DNA from: Thermoplasmata archaeon
Lineage (GTDB): Archaea; Thermoplasmatota; Thermoplasmata; Lutacidiplasmatales; UBA184
NCBI GenBank assembly: GCA_041476045.1
Contig: JBGOSQ010000001.1
Span: 8,846-72,845 of the forward strand
Length of the DNA: 64,000 nt
Direction: 5' to 3'
Shown: one piece after another, positions 54,556 to 64,000 of the stretch
How positions within the stretch are numbered: position 1 is the first letter of the stretch
Layout of the letters: every line of letters begins with the position of its first letter
The notes under the pieces: model-generated
Database searches by the model: none
What the model saw: the letters and a program-made list of their open reading frames with translations, nothing else
Told to the model about the DNA's origin: nothing
Position numbers and translations under genes: made by a program

Positions 54556-54563
54556 ATATATAT
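54556..54563 (-). promoter_or_regulatory. TATA box (ATATATAT) 23 nt upstream of the small RHH gene start
   Basis: catatatatg motif in GC-rich surroundings. Confidence 0.45.
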
Positions 54564-54603
54564 GCGTATCTGTGCGGGTCAGACAGACGGCAGACGCGGG
54601 CGA

Positions 54604-55875
54604 CTAGGCTGGAGCGAGGGGCCCCGCGAGGACCGTCACGAGGCCGTCCGGGCCGAACGACTCCGATGCCGCCGCGCGCACGTCGGCGGCGGAGAGCGCC
54701 CTTAGCTGCGCGGGCCACTCGCGGAGGAACGTGGGCCCCAAGTGGTGGTAGGCGACGTCCACGCCGATCTCGTGCGCCCCCTGCGTTGTCTCGAACGCGA
54801 GCGGGATCTCGCCGATGACGCTGCGCCGGATCCGGTCCAGCTCGCGCGCGGGGACGACCGAGGAACGGATGCGCCGGACCTCCGCCTCGACGAGGCGGCG
54901 GGCCGGGAGGAGCCGCTCCGGTCCGGTACCCGCATGGGCGAGCCAAAACCCTCCCCAGCGCATCGCTTCTAGATCGCTCGATGCATGGTAGGCGAGGCCG
55001 CTCTGCTCCCGGACCTTTTGGAAGAGCCGGGAAAGGAGGCCTCCCCCGAGCACCTCGTTCGCGAGGTACGCGGCGGGGTACCGGGGGTCTGCCCGGTGGA
55101 GCGAGGCGGCGCCGATGCGGATCTCTACTTGACTGCGACCCGGCATCGCCATCGCGATCGGGTCCGCGGCCGGCGGCCGTAGAGGAGGGATCGATGGCGG
55201 TCGGGGCGCGCGCTCCGTTGGGAAGGCGCCGAAGGCGCGACGCACCGATCGGACCGTCTCGTCGACGGACGGTCGACCCGTCACGACGAGGAGGGCGCCG
55301 TCCGATGTCGTGTGGTCGCGATGGAAGCGAACGAGGTCCCCGCGAGGGATCCGGGCGACGCTCGCGCGCGTGCCGAGCCCGGTGGATCGGTACGGATGAC
55401 CGGAGGGGAAGCTCGCGCGGAGGAACTCCTTGTCGGCGCGGCTCCCTGGCTGCGCCTCTTCGCGAAGCTGGCGCTCGAAGGTCTGGCGACGGACCCGGGC
55501 CAGGTCCGTGGGATCGAACCGAGGTCGAAGCACGACGTCCGCGAGGAGTCCGAGCAGCGGCTCGAACGACGCCTGGGGTCCCCAGATGGTGTATTCGGTT
55601 GTTTCGGGGGCGATGCGATGCGACAGCGCGGCGCCATGTCGATCCAGGAACCGGGCGAGCCCGACGCGATCGCGGTTGCCGGCGGCGCTCGCGGCGACGA
55701 GGGACGCGAGAAGCGCGGTTCCCTCCTTTCCGGAGTGGTCGTAGGCCCAGCCGGAGGGGCCGAGGTAGGACGCGGCGAAGCTGGCCGCGCCCGCCGGGGC
55801 CGATTGTCGGGCGATCTCGAGTCCGTCGGCACGCGTCGTCGAACGGACGACCTGAGGATCCTTGTCACGCGTCAT
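54604..55875 (-). CDS. M16-family peptidase, non-catalytic subunit (no HxxEH)
   Basis: M16 C-terminal-type fold pattern; lacks a zinc-binding inverzincin motif; 11-nt overlap with the upstream active subunit. Confidence 0.6.
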   Translation of the reverse strand: MTRDKDPQVVRSTTRADGLEIARQSAPAGAASFAASYLGPSGWAYDHSGKEGTALLASLVAASAAGNRDRVGLARFLDRHGAALSHRIAPETTEYTIWGPQASFEPLLGLLADVVLRPRFDPTDLARVRRQTFERQLREEAQPGSRADKEFLRASFPSGHPYRSTGLGTRASVARIPRGDLVRFHRDHTTSDGALLVVTGRPSVDETVRSVRRAFGAFPTERAPRPPSIPPLRPPAADPIAMAMPGRSQVEIRIGAASLHRADPRYPAAYLANEVLGGGLLSRLFQKVREQSGLAYHASSDLEAMRWGGFWLAHAGTGPERLLPARRLVEAEVRRIRSSVVPARELDRIRRSVIGEIPLAFETTQGAHEIGVDVAYHHLGPTFLREWPAQLRALSAADVRAAASESFGPDGLVTVLAGPLAPA

Positions 55876-57187
55876 CGATGGCGCCTCCGCGGGGCATGTA
55901 GCGGACGACCGTCCGGCCCGTCTCCGTGAACGTCGCACGAGCGGCCGCCCGGATCTGGCGCTGTGTCGCGGTGAGGATCCGAGTGAGGAGGTGCGACTCG
56001 AACCCGGGCGGGCCGAGCATGGCGAAGTAGCCGAGCCGGAAGGCGGTGCGCGTTGCCCCCTCGTAGGAGAGAGCGGAGGCTCGTGCGATCTTGGTGCGCG
56101 CGTCGGCGAGCTCGGCCGCGGTAGGTCCCGCCCGGGCCAATCGCTCGACTTCCTCGAGGATCGCCGATTCGATCCGATCGAGCGAGACGCCCTTCGCCGC
56201 CTGGGCGTGAACGGTGAACAGCGAGGGATGGACCCGGGGCCGCCATTCCGAGGTGGCTCGAACGGCGAGGCCGGTATCGACCAGTCGCTTGTAGAGCCGG
56301 GCCGACGGGTGTTCCGATGATCGCCCCCACATCGAGCCCGTGGCGAACATGCGGGTCTCTCCTCCCAGGACGACATCGAGCAGGATCGTGGCCGGCAGCG
56401 TGGGGTCGGAGATGGCAGGGGCCCTCCATCCGATCTCCAAGAACGGAGTGGTGCCCGGACCCGAGAGCGATGACCGTCGCTCCCCGATCGGCGGCGGTTC
56501 GGCGATCCGGACGTGCGGATCGTCGCCGGTCGAGGGTAGGCGCCCGAATCGCCGTCGAATCTCGGCCCGGAGGGTGGCCGGATCGAAACCGCCGGAGACC
56601 ACGAGGACGGCGTTTCGGGTGCCGTAGAACCGGTGGTAGTAGCTCGCGAGGGCCTCGGGGGTGAGCGATCGGATGTCCTCGGGGTATCCGAGGGCATCCC
56701 AGCGGTACGGATGCCGTTGGAAAGCGACGGCGTAGAGCTCCTCGTCGACGCGGAACTCCGGCCAGTTCTCGTTGCCCTCCCGCTCCGACCGGATGATCGT
56801 CCGCTCTCGCTCGACCTCTTTCGGCGCGATGAGAGCGCGGGTCATCCGGTCGGCCTCGATCGCGAGCGGGATCGAGAGGTGCTCGCGGGGGACGGTCGAG
56901 AAATAGGCGGTGAAGTCGTTGTCGGTGAAGGCGTTCAAGGTGCCCCCGACCTCGACGATCGCGCGATCGAGCTCGCCCTTCTTGTACCGGGGCGACCCGA
57001 GGAAGAGCATGTGCTCGATCCAGTGCGAGGCGCCCGTGACCCCGGGCCACTCGTTCTTCGAGCCGACCTTGTACCAGACCCAGACGCTCGCGGTCGGGCT
57101 CGCCGCGTTCGGCGCGAGAAGCACCGAGAGCCCGTTCGGGAGCTCAACGCGCTCGATCCGGGGCATGCGCGCGGCGCGGGAGACCAT
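55865..57187 (-). CDS. M16-family zinc peptidase (pitrilysin-like), catalytic subunit
   Basis: Inverzincin motif HWIEHMLF plus a downstream Glu-containing region. Confidence 0.75.
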   Translation of the reverse strand: MVSRAARMPRIERVELPNGLSVLLAPNAASPTASVWVWYKVGSKNEWPGVTGASHWIEHMLFLGSPRYKKGELDRAIVEVGGTLNAFTDNDFTAYFSTVPREHLSIPLAIEADRMTRALIAPKEVERERTIIRSEREGNENWPEFRVDEELYAVAFQRHPYRWDALGYPEDIRSLTPEALASYYHRFYGTRNAVLVVSGGFDPATLRAEIRRRFGRLPSTGDDPHVRIAEPPPIGERRSSLSGPGTTPFLEIGWRAPAISDPTLPATILLDVVLGGETRMFATGSMWGRSSEHPSARLYKRLVDTGLAVRATSEWRPRVHPSLFTVHAQAAKGVSLDRIESAILEEVERLARAGPTAAELADARTKIARASALSYEGATRTAFRLGYFAMLGPPGFESHLLTRILTATQRQIRAAARATFTETGRTVVRYMPRGGAIDDA

Positions 57188-57317
57188 CGGGAATTCCGAG
57201 GCCCCGCCGCATATAACGAGCGACTGGCACGGGGGTGCCGAGGGACCGGAAAGCCCCGTATGGGAGCGACCCCACCGTCTCGGCCCGCCGGTCCGGTGCG
57301 CGCACGCAAGCGGACGA

Positions 57318-57325
57318 TGATATAG
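57318..57325 (+). promoter_or_regulatory. TATA box (TGATATAG) 24 nt upstream of the tyrA ATG
   Basis: AT-rich element at archaeal TATA spacing; leaderless start. Confidence 0.4.
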
Positions 57326-57348
57326 TGGACCGTCGCTCGACGGCGCCG

Positions 57349-58500
57349 ATGCCCGACGACCTCGACCGGCTTAGGGCCCGGCTCGCGCGCGTCGACGCCC
57401 AGCTCCGACAGAACGTCCGACGGCGCCTCGCCCTCGCGCGAGCGATCGGTGCCGCGAAACGGCGCTCCCAGCTGCCGATCCGCGCGCCGACCGTCGAGCG
57501 CGCGGTCGTGGGACGATGGCAAGACGGGCTCGAAGACCTCGGGATCCCGCCGGACCGTGCACTCATTCTGGCGCGATGGCTCGTCGACGAGGCGATACGG
57601 GTCCAGGAAGAGGGCGGTCCCCGGACCCCGGTGGCGCCGCAGAAGATCCTCGTCGTCGGCGGGGCGGGCGAGATGGGTCGGTGGCTCTCGCGCTTCGCAC
57701 GGACGATGGGGCACGAGGTGCGTGCGCTCGATCCCAAAGGGGCCACGCGGCTCGAAGCGCCGAGGGAGCGGAGCCTCGCCGCGGGTGCGGCGTGGGCGGA
57801 CCTGATCGTCGTCGCGACTCCCATCGACGTCGCCCCCAAGGTGTACCGGGAACTCTGGCACACGGGCACGCGCGCGGTCGTCCTGGACGTCCTCTCCGTC
57901 AAGACCCCGCTTCTGTCCTCGATCCGTCGCGGCCTTTCGCTCGGCTATCGCGTGACGAGCGTCCATCCGCTCTTCGGACCGAAGGTGCGACCGCTCTCCG
58001 GGCACAATCTCCTCGTCCTCGAATGCGGAGATCCCTCGGCGACCGAGGCCGCGGCCGCGCTCTTCCGGCCGAGCTCGCTCTCGGTCTCCGTCCTTCCCGT
58101 CGCGGAGCACGACGTCCTGATGGCGGATCTGCAGGCGCTGCCGCGTGTCGTCAATCTGCTGTTCGCTTCCGCGCTCACGCGCGCCGGACGCCGTCGCCAG
58201 GAACTGGCCAAGACCGAGACGCCCTCCTTCCGCCGACAGGCCGAGGTCACGCGGACGGTGCTCGCGGAGAACCCGGATCTATCCTTGGCTCTCCTCGTCC
58301 GGAACCCGGGATCGCGCCAGATCCTCACGCGGCTCGAGCGAGGCCTGGCGGAGCTCCGACAGACCCTCGCCTCCCCGGACCTCCGAGCCCATCGGGCCAC
58401 CCTCGCCCGCGGTCGCCGGCTCTTGGGGCCTTCTCCCCACGCGCTCGCGCCGGTCCGCGCTGCGCCCCTACGTCGCACGCGTTCGCGCCGTCGCCGCTGA
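57349..58500 (+). CDS. tyrA: bifunctional chorismate mutase / prephenate dehydrogenase
   Basis: AroQ chorismate-mutase helix (LRARLARVDAQL...RRLALARAIGAAK) followed by a Rossmann ILVVGGAGEMG and TyrA catalytic region (SVHPLFGP). Confidence 0.75.
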   Translation: MPDDLDRLRARLARVDAQLRQNVRRRLALARAIGAAKRRSQLPIRAPTVERAVVGRWQDGLEDLGIPPDRALILARWLVDEAIRVQEEGGPRTPVAPQKILVVGGAGEMGRWLSRFARTMGHEVRALDPKGATRLEAPRERSLAAGAAWADLIVVATPIDVAPKVYRELWHTGTRAVVLDVLSVKTPLLSSIRRGLSLGYRVTSVHPLFGPKVRPLSGHNLLVLECGDPSATEAAAALFRPSSLSVSVLPVAEHDVLMADLQALPRVVNLLFASALTRAGRRRQELAKTETPSFRRQAEVTRTVLAENPDLSLALLVRNPGSRQILTRLERGLAELRQTLASPDLRAHRATLARGRRLLGPSPHALAPVRAAPLRRTRSRRRR

Positions 58501-58548
58501 CGGCGCCACGGTTGCCGCTCTCGTGCGCCTTGGTCCGGCGGTAGTTTT

Positions 58549-59424
58549 ATGCCGGGGGGGCCGCCATGGCCCGGCGTGCTCCCGGCCCTCCGGCTGGTCC
58601 GTTTCGGCAATACTCTCGTCTCGTTCGCCGGCACCCTTGTCGGCGCTATGGTCGCGAGCGGTCGGGGCGTCGATCTCCCCGCAAGCTCCTGGGTCGTCTA
58701 CCTGCTGGCAGCGCTCTCCGCCGCGATGGTCACGGGGGGCGGCAACGTCCTCAACGACATACTCGACCGGGAGAGCGATCAGAGGAACCACCCCGACCGG
58801 CCCCTGGTCACCGGGGCGATCTCGGTCCGGAGCGCGCGCTGGCTCTCGGCGAGCCTTCTCGTCGGGGCCGCGATCGTCGTGCTCCCCGTACTACCGTCCG
58901 CGCCGTGGATCGCGCCGCTGCTCGGCGCCGCGGTGGCGGCGCTCCTCGCCTACGAGTTCCACTTCAAGTCGAGGGGCCTGTCCGGGAACTCCCTCGTCGC
59001 CTTCCTGACCGCGGCCGTCTTCCTCTACGGTGGGGCGGCCGCCGATCGTCCGCTGCTGCTGGTCCCGTTCGCCCTGATGGCGTTCGCCGCCACGCTCAGC
59101 CGCGAGCTCATCAAGGACATGGAGGACGCCGAAGGGGACGTGGAGCGACGGACCCTGCCGCGCGTCCGGGGCTTCCCGCTCGCCACGCGGCTCGCTCGCC
59201 TCGCGGTCGGCGTCGCCCTTGCCCTCAGCCCGGTCCCGCTCCTGTTCCTCGTTCCGCTGGCGTCTGGGGCGGGGATTATGTACCTCGCCCTAGTGCTCGC
59301 CGCCGATGCGCTGTTCGTCGTCTCGGTCGCCTCCCTTCCCGGGGAACTGCATCGCGCGCAGACCGTCAGCAAGGCGGCGATGACGCTCGCCCTCCTCGCC
59401 TTTGCGGCGACGGCGTTCCGCTGA
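58549..59424 (+). CDS. digeranylgeranylglyceryl phosphate synthase (UbiA family)
   Basis: UbiA Asp-rich motif NVLNDILDRESD; eight to nine TM helices. Confidence 0.8.
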   Translation: MPGGPPWPGVLPALRLVRFGNTLVSFAGTLVGAMVASGRGVDLPASSWVVYLLAALSAAMVTGGGNVLNDILDRESDQRNHPDRPLVTGAISVRSARWLSASLLVGAAIVVLPVLPSAPWIAPLLGAAVAALLAYEFHFKSRGLSGNSLVAFLTAAVFLYGGAAADRPLLLVPFALMAFAATLSRELIKDMEDAEGDVERRTLPRVRGFPLATRLARLAVGVALALSPVPLLFLVPLASGAGIMYLALVLAADALFVVSVASLPGELHRAQTVSKAAMTLALLAFAATAFR

Positions 59425-59434
59425 CGGGGGAACG

Positions 59435-60184
59435 ATGGGTCGGATCCTCGAGTACCTCACCGAGCGCCTGACGCGCGGACCGCTGCATTTCACTCTCATC
59501 GATCCGGACAAGTCGCGGGACGGCCGCGCTTCGGCGATCGCCCGCGGAGCCGCCGAGCTCGGCTCCGACGCGATCCTCCTCGGCGGATCGACGGGGATCT
59601 CCCCGGAGGTCATGGGGGCCTCGGCGCGCGCGATCCGGTCGGCGTCGTCGCTCCCCGTGATCATCTTCCCCGAGGGTGCCACCTCCTTGACCGGCGACGC
59701 CCAGGCGGTCCTTTTCATGAGCCTCCTCAATTCGCGGAATCTCGACCTCGTCATCCGGGCCCACGTGAGAGCCGCGCCGTTGGTGCGCTCCCTCGGACTC
59801 GAGCCGATCTCGCTCGGGTACGTGGTGGTGGCCCCCGGGATGCGCGTCGGCGAGGTGGGAGAGGTCGACGCCGTCCCGCGCGACGCCATCGGACTCGCCC
59901 AGGGCTATGCCCTCGCGGCCCAGTATCTTGGGATGCGCTTCGTCTATCTCGAAGCCGGATCGGGGGCGCCGAGCCCGGTGCCCGTCGAGATGGTGCGAGG
60001 CGTCCGCGAGGTTCTGGGGATCCCCCTCATCGTGGGGGGCGGGATCCGGTCCGGACCCGAGGCGAAGGCGCTCCTCGAGGCCGGAGCGCAGATCCTCGTC
60101 ACCGGCACGGTCACCGAGGAGGAAGGTCTCGGTGCCGGCTTCCGTGGGATCCTCTCGGAGGTGAGGCGGGGCCGTGGAGGATAG
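59435..60184 (+). CDS. geranylgeranylglyceryl phosphate synthase (PcrB family)
   Basis: PcrB/GGGPS TIM-barrel motifs (DAILLGGSTG; IPLIVGGGIRS); ATG after a GGGGG RBS. Confidence 0.8.
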   Translation: MGRILEYLTERLTRGPLHFTLIDPDKSRDGRASAIARGAAELGSDAILLGGSTGISPEVMGASARAIRSASSLPVIIFPEGATSLTGDAQAVLFMSLLNSRNLDLVIRAHVRAAPLVRSLGLEPISLGYVVVAPGMRVGEVGEVDAVPRDAIGLAQGYALAAQYLGMRFVYLEAGSGAPSPVPVEMVRGVREVLGIPLIVGGGIRSGPEAKALLEAGAQILVTGTVTEEEGLGAGFRGILSEVRRGRGG

Positions 60185-61994
60185 GCCCGTGGCCGGCCCG
60201 GAGCCCCGACGGCCGCCGTCGTACTCTCGGTTCATCTTCCGCGCGCCGACGACACCGCGCTCCCTCGGCGTCGTGGCGATCCTGACCCTGGCCTCCGCCG
60301 CTCTGGCGTGGGGGACCTCCCTGACCGCCGTTTCGTTCCTCCTCGATTGGACGCTCATCTTCCTCGGTCCGGCGATCGTGGCCGCCGGACTCACGCCACC
60401 CCTCGCGCGCGCCCTCGGCGGCCGCATCGGGCTCCAACGGAGCGTGCTGCTCGTCGCCACGACGTCCGCGGTCGGACTCCCGCTCCTGCTGGGCTGGAGG
60501 GCGCTCACCTGGCTCGCCGGGCCCACGCTGACCGTTGGAATCGTACCGTTCCTGCTCCTGCTCCAGGGGCCGACGTTCTGGTTCCGCCACATGAGCCTCT
60601 TCGGGGTCTCGCGGCCTTCCCACGTCCGGTCCGTCCTCCCGTCCCTGCTCCAGCCGATCCTCGCGATCGCCGCCGTCTTCGCGCTCTTTGGCGTCAGCTG
60701 GGTTCGCGTTGGCGCCGCAGTGATCTACCTCGTCACGGCGTTCCTGTGCTGCGCGCTCCTGCTCCGCGCCGCGGACCGTCCTCTCCGACGCGAGTTCGGG
60801 GTATCGGGGGTCTCGCTGATCCGCCCGCTCCTGGACCACATCAATCTCCGCGACCCGTCGGCGACGGAATCGCTCGAGCGGTTCTTCTCCCAGTTCGCGA
60901 AGCCGGCGAACCTCGGGGTCTCGGTCGTCGCGTTCCGCCGTGGCGGTCGCCCCTACGCATCGCTCGTCCTCCCGACGGTGCATCCGGGTCCGTTCGCCGC
61001 GCTGGGCGGCAGCGATCTACCGAGGAAGCTGGCCGAGCGGCTCGGAGAATCGGCGGGAACGGTGCTGGTCCCGCACACCCCGTGCAATCACGATCTGGAT
61101 CTCCCGAGCACGCGCGAGGTCGACCGTCTCGCGGCTGCGGCGAAGGAGGTCCTCGCGAGCCTCGCTCCGAGCGCGAACGGTCCGGCGAGCCCCCTCGTCT
61201 CCCCGCACCCCGGATCGTTCGCGCGCGCGCAGGTCCTCGGCGACATCGTCCTCGTCGTCGTGTCGCAGGCGCCGGCGCCGACCGACGATATCGACTTCGC
61301 CGTCGCCGACGCGATCGTGCGCGCGGTCTCGGCGGAGGAGAATCTCCGGGTCGTCGTCGTCGACGCGCACAACTCGTACGTCGAGGATGAGGGCGACATC
61401 ACCTACGGCACCCCGGCCGCCGAGCGGTTGACGCGGGACGCCCGCGCGGCGGTGCGGGCGGCGATCGCGGCCGCGCGGCCGGGACCGATCGAGGTCGGCG
61501 TGGCGACGCGGGGCGGCTACTCGATCGGGCGCCACGGGATCGGCCCGTCGGGCGTTCGTGCGCTCATCGTGCGCGCCGCGGGAACGACCGTCGCCTACGC
61601 GCTCGTCGACGGCAACAACCTCGTGCTCGGCCACCGCGCGCGGATCCTCGCCGCGCTGGAAGGGGTCGTCGACTCGGCCGAGGTGCTCACGACCGACAAC
61701 CACGTCGTCCACGAGGTCGACGGCAGCATCAACCCGCTCGGCGAGCGATACTCGGCCGACCAGCTCGCCGCGGACGTCCGTGCGGTGGTCGGTGAGGCGC
61801 TAAAGGACCTGGGCCCCTCGGAAGTGGCGTCGGGGAGCGTCGGAGTGCCCGACGTGCCGGTCCTCGGGCCAGATTGGACCGCTCGCCTTTTGACCTCGCT
61901 CGGAGACACCGTCTCGATGTTCGGCCACGCGTTCCTGATGACGTTCCTCCTCCTGCTGACGACCTCCGCGGTCGTCCTCGTCGTGTTGCGGTAG
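60174..61994 (+). CDS. archaeal membrane protein (DUF2070-like: N-terminal multi-TM, soluble domain, C-terminal TM)
   Basis: 606 aa; TM cluster, a large soluble middle domain and C-terminal TM helices. Confidence 0.5.
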   Translation: MEDRPVAGPEPRRPPSYSRFIFRAPTTPRSLGVVAILTLASAALAWGTSLTAVSFLLDWTLIFLGPAIVAAGLTPPLARALGGRIGLQRSVLLVATTSAVGLPLLLGWRALTWLAGPTLTVGIVPFLLLLQGPTFWFRHMSLFGVSRPSHVRSVLPSLLQPILAIAAVFALFGVSWVRVGAAVIYLVTAFLCCALLLRAADRPLRREFGVSGVSLIRPLLDHINLRDPSATESLERFFSQFAKPANLGVSVVAFRRGGRPYASLVLPTVHPGPFAALGGSDLPRKLAERLGESAGTVLVPHTPCNHDLDLPSTREVDRLAAAAKEVLASLAPSANGPASPLVSPHPGSFARAQVLGDIVLVVVSQAPAPTDDIDFAVADAIVRAVSAEENLRVVVVDAHNSYVEDEGDITYGTPAAERLTRDARAAVRAAIAAARPGPIEVGVATRGGYSIGRHGIGPSGVRALIVRAAGTTVAYALVDGNNLVLGHRARILAALEGVVDSAEVLTTDNHVVHEVDGSINPLGERYSADQLAADVRAVVGEALKDLGPSEVASGSVGVPDVPVLGPDWTARLLTSLGDTVSMFGHAFLMTFLLLLTTSAVVLVVLR

Positions 61995-62004
61995 GGAGTC
62001 GACG

Positions 62005-63636
62005 ATGGAGGCGCCGGCGGAACCATCGGGGCTCGCCGAAGCCGCTCGCCTCATCGGCGACACCGATGCGCTCGACCTTCTCGCGAACCTGGTCTCGATC
62101 GCGCCGACGAACCTGGAGGACCCGCTCCACGGCCGGTACGAGAAGCCGAACTACCCGCGCGCCGTCGAGCGGATCGTCCGAGCCGCGCGGCACTTTGGCC
62201 TCTCGACGCGCATCTTCGATCCGGTCGTTCACGGTCCCCCGAACCCGCACTTAGGCGCGGTCCCGCGCCCGAACATCATCATCGACCTCGACGTCGGCGC
62301 GGCGGAACGGACCCTCATCCTCGCCCACTACGACGTCGTGCCGGTCCCCGCCGAGCAGCTGGCCCGGTGGCGGAGCTCGCCCCACACGCTCACGCACCGG
62401 GCCAACGGGAGGCTCTACGGCCGTGGGGCGAACGACGACCTGGGGAGCGGGGTCGTGCCCGCGCTCATCGCGATGCGGCGGCTCGCCGCCGAAGGGGGAT
62501 CGCCCCGCAACGTCCGGCTCTTGGTCTGCTGCGATGAGGAGACCGGCGGCGAGGGCGGCGTCGAGTCGCTGAAGGCCCACGACGACGCGCTCGCGCTCGA
62601 GGACCCGGAGCGGTTCCTCGTCGGCGATGTCGCGCTGATCCCGGACGGTTCTCCGCACGCGACGTCCGGCTCGTCCGGCGTCGCCTTCCTCGACGGCTCC
62701 TTCGAACGACCGGTGCCGCTCTCCGAGGTACTCGACTACGGGGACGAGCTCGTTTCCCTGCACGACGTCGCCAAGCACTGGAAGTCGCGCTACGCCTCCC
62801 CCGATTGGCCGGAGCACCTCGCCCCGGAGCCGGTCCTCACGGGCCGCGCCACGGTGACGAAGCTCGACATCTCCGGCGACGGTCGCACGACGCCCGAGAT
62901 CGCCCTGCGGGCGGTGCACGCCGAGACCGATGCCGCGAATCAGATCGCCGAGTCGGTGACCCTCGTCTTCGAGGGCCCGCACGGCCAGCTCGCCCATCTC
63001 CTCGATCGCCTCCGACCGATGGTGCCGGCGCCGTACCGCGTCGAACCGGCCGGATCGACGAGCTTGGTGGTTCCGCCGGAGACCCTGGCGGTCCAGCTCA
63101 TCGGCCAGAGCGCCCACGGGGGCTATCCGCACCGCGGGCACAACCCGGTGCCCGCAACGCTCGCGCTCCTCCGACAGGCGATCGCCGCCGGCTGGCTGGA
63201 CGTCAGCACTCCCGTGACGGCGAGCTTCGCCGTCGACCTCCGGCTCATCCCTGAGATGCCCCTCGCAAGCGGCGTCGACGAGGTCCTCGCGACCGCGCGG
63301 CGCTGGATCGTGACCCACGAGGCGGCCGCCAAGTTGGAAGCGCCGCCGTCGCGGGCGCGTCGCGGGTACGCGCTGCCTCCCGACCACCCGGCGGTCCGTC
63401 GGCTCGAGCGGATCCTTCGCTCCGAGGGGGGCGAGGCCGGCACGTTCGGCGAGTACGGCGGCACCGATGCGAGCTCGCTCGCCGAGGTCCGAACGCCCTC
63501 CGGCGACCCGCTCCCCGCGATCGTCTTCGGGAGCATGGACCGCGCGGCGCACATCCACGAGGCCGAGGAGAGCATCGATCCGAAGCTGATGGCGACGATC
63601 GTTCGGACGATCTACCGGTTCGTCCGCGAGCCCTAG
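62005..63636 (+). CDS. M20-family metallopeptidase/deacylase (ArgE/DapE/CPG2-like)
   Basis: HYDVVP; GRGANDDLG (the usual Lys is replaced by Leu); CCDEETGG metal-binding motifs. Confidence 0.65.
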   Translation: MEAPAEPSGLAEAARLIGDTDALDLLANLVSIAPTNLEDPLHGRYEKPNYPRAVERIVRAARHFGLSTRIFDPVVHGPPNPHLGAVPRPNIIIDLDVGAAERTLILAHYDVVPVPAEQLARWRSSPHTLTHRANGRLYGRGANDDLGSGVVPALIAMRRLAAEGGSPRNVRLLVCCDEETGGEGGVESLKAHDDALALEDPERFLVGDVALIPDGSPHATSGSSGVAFLDGSFERPVPLSEVLDYGDELVSLHDVAKHWKSRYASPDWPEHLAPEPVLTGRATVTKLDISGDGRTTPEIALRAVHAETDAANQIAESVTLVFEGPHGQLAHLLDRLRPMVPAPYRVEPAGSTSLVVPPETLAVQLIGQSAHGGYPHRGHNPVPATLALLRQAIAAGWLDVSTPVTASFAVDLRLIPEMPLASGVDEVLATARRWIVTHEAAAKLEAPPSRARRGYALPPDHPAVRRLERILRSEGGEAGTFGEYGGTDASSLAEVRTPSGDPLPAIVFGSMDRAAHIHEAEESIDPKLMATIVRTIYRFVREP

Positions 63637-63651
63637 AGGCGGAACCCCCGG

Positions 63652-64000
63652 ATGGTGGACCCCCATCTGCTCGCGCCCGCGCAGGTGCTCTGGGTCCTCA
63701 CGACGACGTACATCGCGAACGCGTCGGCGACGCTCCCGCGGGGTCGCGGCCCCCCGATGGATCTCGGCAGCAACTGGCGCGACGGCCGACGGGTCCTCGG
63801 GGCCTCGAAGACGTGGTCGGGGTTCCTGTTCGGCACCTTCTTCGCGCTCCCGTTCGGGCTCCTCCAGGCCTACCTCTTCCTGATCGCGCCCCCCGATCTC
63901 GCGATCGTCCCGGGATTCGGACCCTCGGTCGTGGCCGCGGTCCCGGTCGTCCTCCTCTTGACGGCCGGTGCGATGACCGGCGATGCCGTGGGATCGTTCG
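63652..64000 (+). CDS. carS: CDP-archaeol synthase, N-terminal part (runs off the window end)
   Basis: PMDLGSNWRDGRRVLGASKTWSGFLFG matches the CarS motif P.D.G....DG.R..G..KT.RG. Confidence 0.6.
   Translation, partial: MVDPHLLAPAQVLWVLTTTYIANASATLPRGRGPPMDLGSNWRDGRRVLGASKTWSGFLFGTFFALPFGLLQAYLFLIAPPDLAIVPGFGPSVVAAVPVVLLLTAGAMTGDAVGSF

Overview
Archaeal chromosomal segment of about 70% GC with a basic, non-halophilic proteome; lineage undetermined. Archaeal marker genes (fibrillarin, Nop5, Nop10, aTrm56, ribosomal P0/P1/LX/L44e/S27e/L15e, aIF2alpha, aIF5A, ether-lipid synthases DGGGPS/GGGPS/CarS, PAC2), TATA-box promoters and an intron-containing tRNA all indicate an archaeon. Most of the window is conserved housekeeping, packed tightly on both strands with many 4-nt GTGA/ATGA start-stop overlaps. 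Recognised syntenic blocks are LX-pfdA-ftsY-SpoU, L44e-S27e-aIF2a-Nop10-(HTH)-Trm56-mvk, nop5-flpA-purF, L1-L10-L12, purB, argS, queC, tyrA and DGGGPS-GGGPS-DUF2070-M20-CarS. Within this background, several loci deserve attention. (1) A 1362-aa isoleucyl/valyl-tRNA-synthetase-like protein whose HIGH, DQHRGW and KMSKS motifs are all degenerate, fused to an HhH motif, a proline-rich linker and an unknown C-terminal domain. It sits behind a co-directional cluster of paralogous small secreted proteins. (2) A five-gene minus-strand operon: a HerA/FtsK-like (DUF87-type) ATPase, three tandem KaiC/RecA-like single-domain proteins of which only one keeps a Walker A, and a PAC2 homolog. (3) A locus made of an RHH regulator, a 1180-aa Tat-signal Kelch/PKD surface protein dense in N-glycosylation sequons, a membrane-anchored wHTH regulator and a TIR-like protein that retains the catalytic Glu position. 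(4) A roughly 1400-aa all-alpha repetitive protein whose ORF extends upstream without any canonical start codon. (5) A tRNA-Glu(CUC) interrupted by a 30-nt intron in the T-loop. (6) Three genes whose conserved N-termini lack an ATG/GTG/TTG start (possible ATT initiation or indels). No CRISPR array, rRNA gene or obvious mobile element was found. Long arginine-rich antisense ORFs from the six-frame track are treated as GC-driven artefacts.
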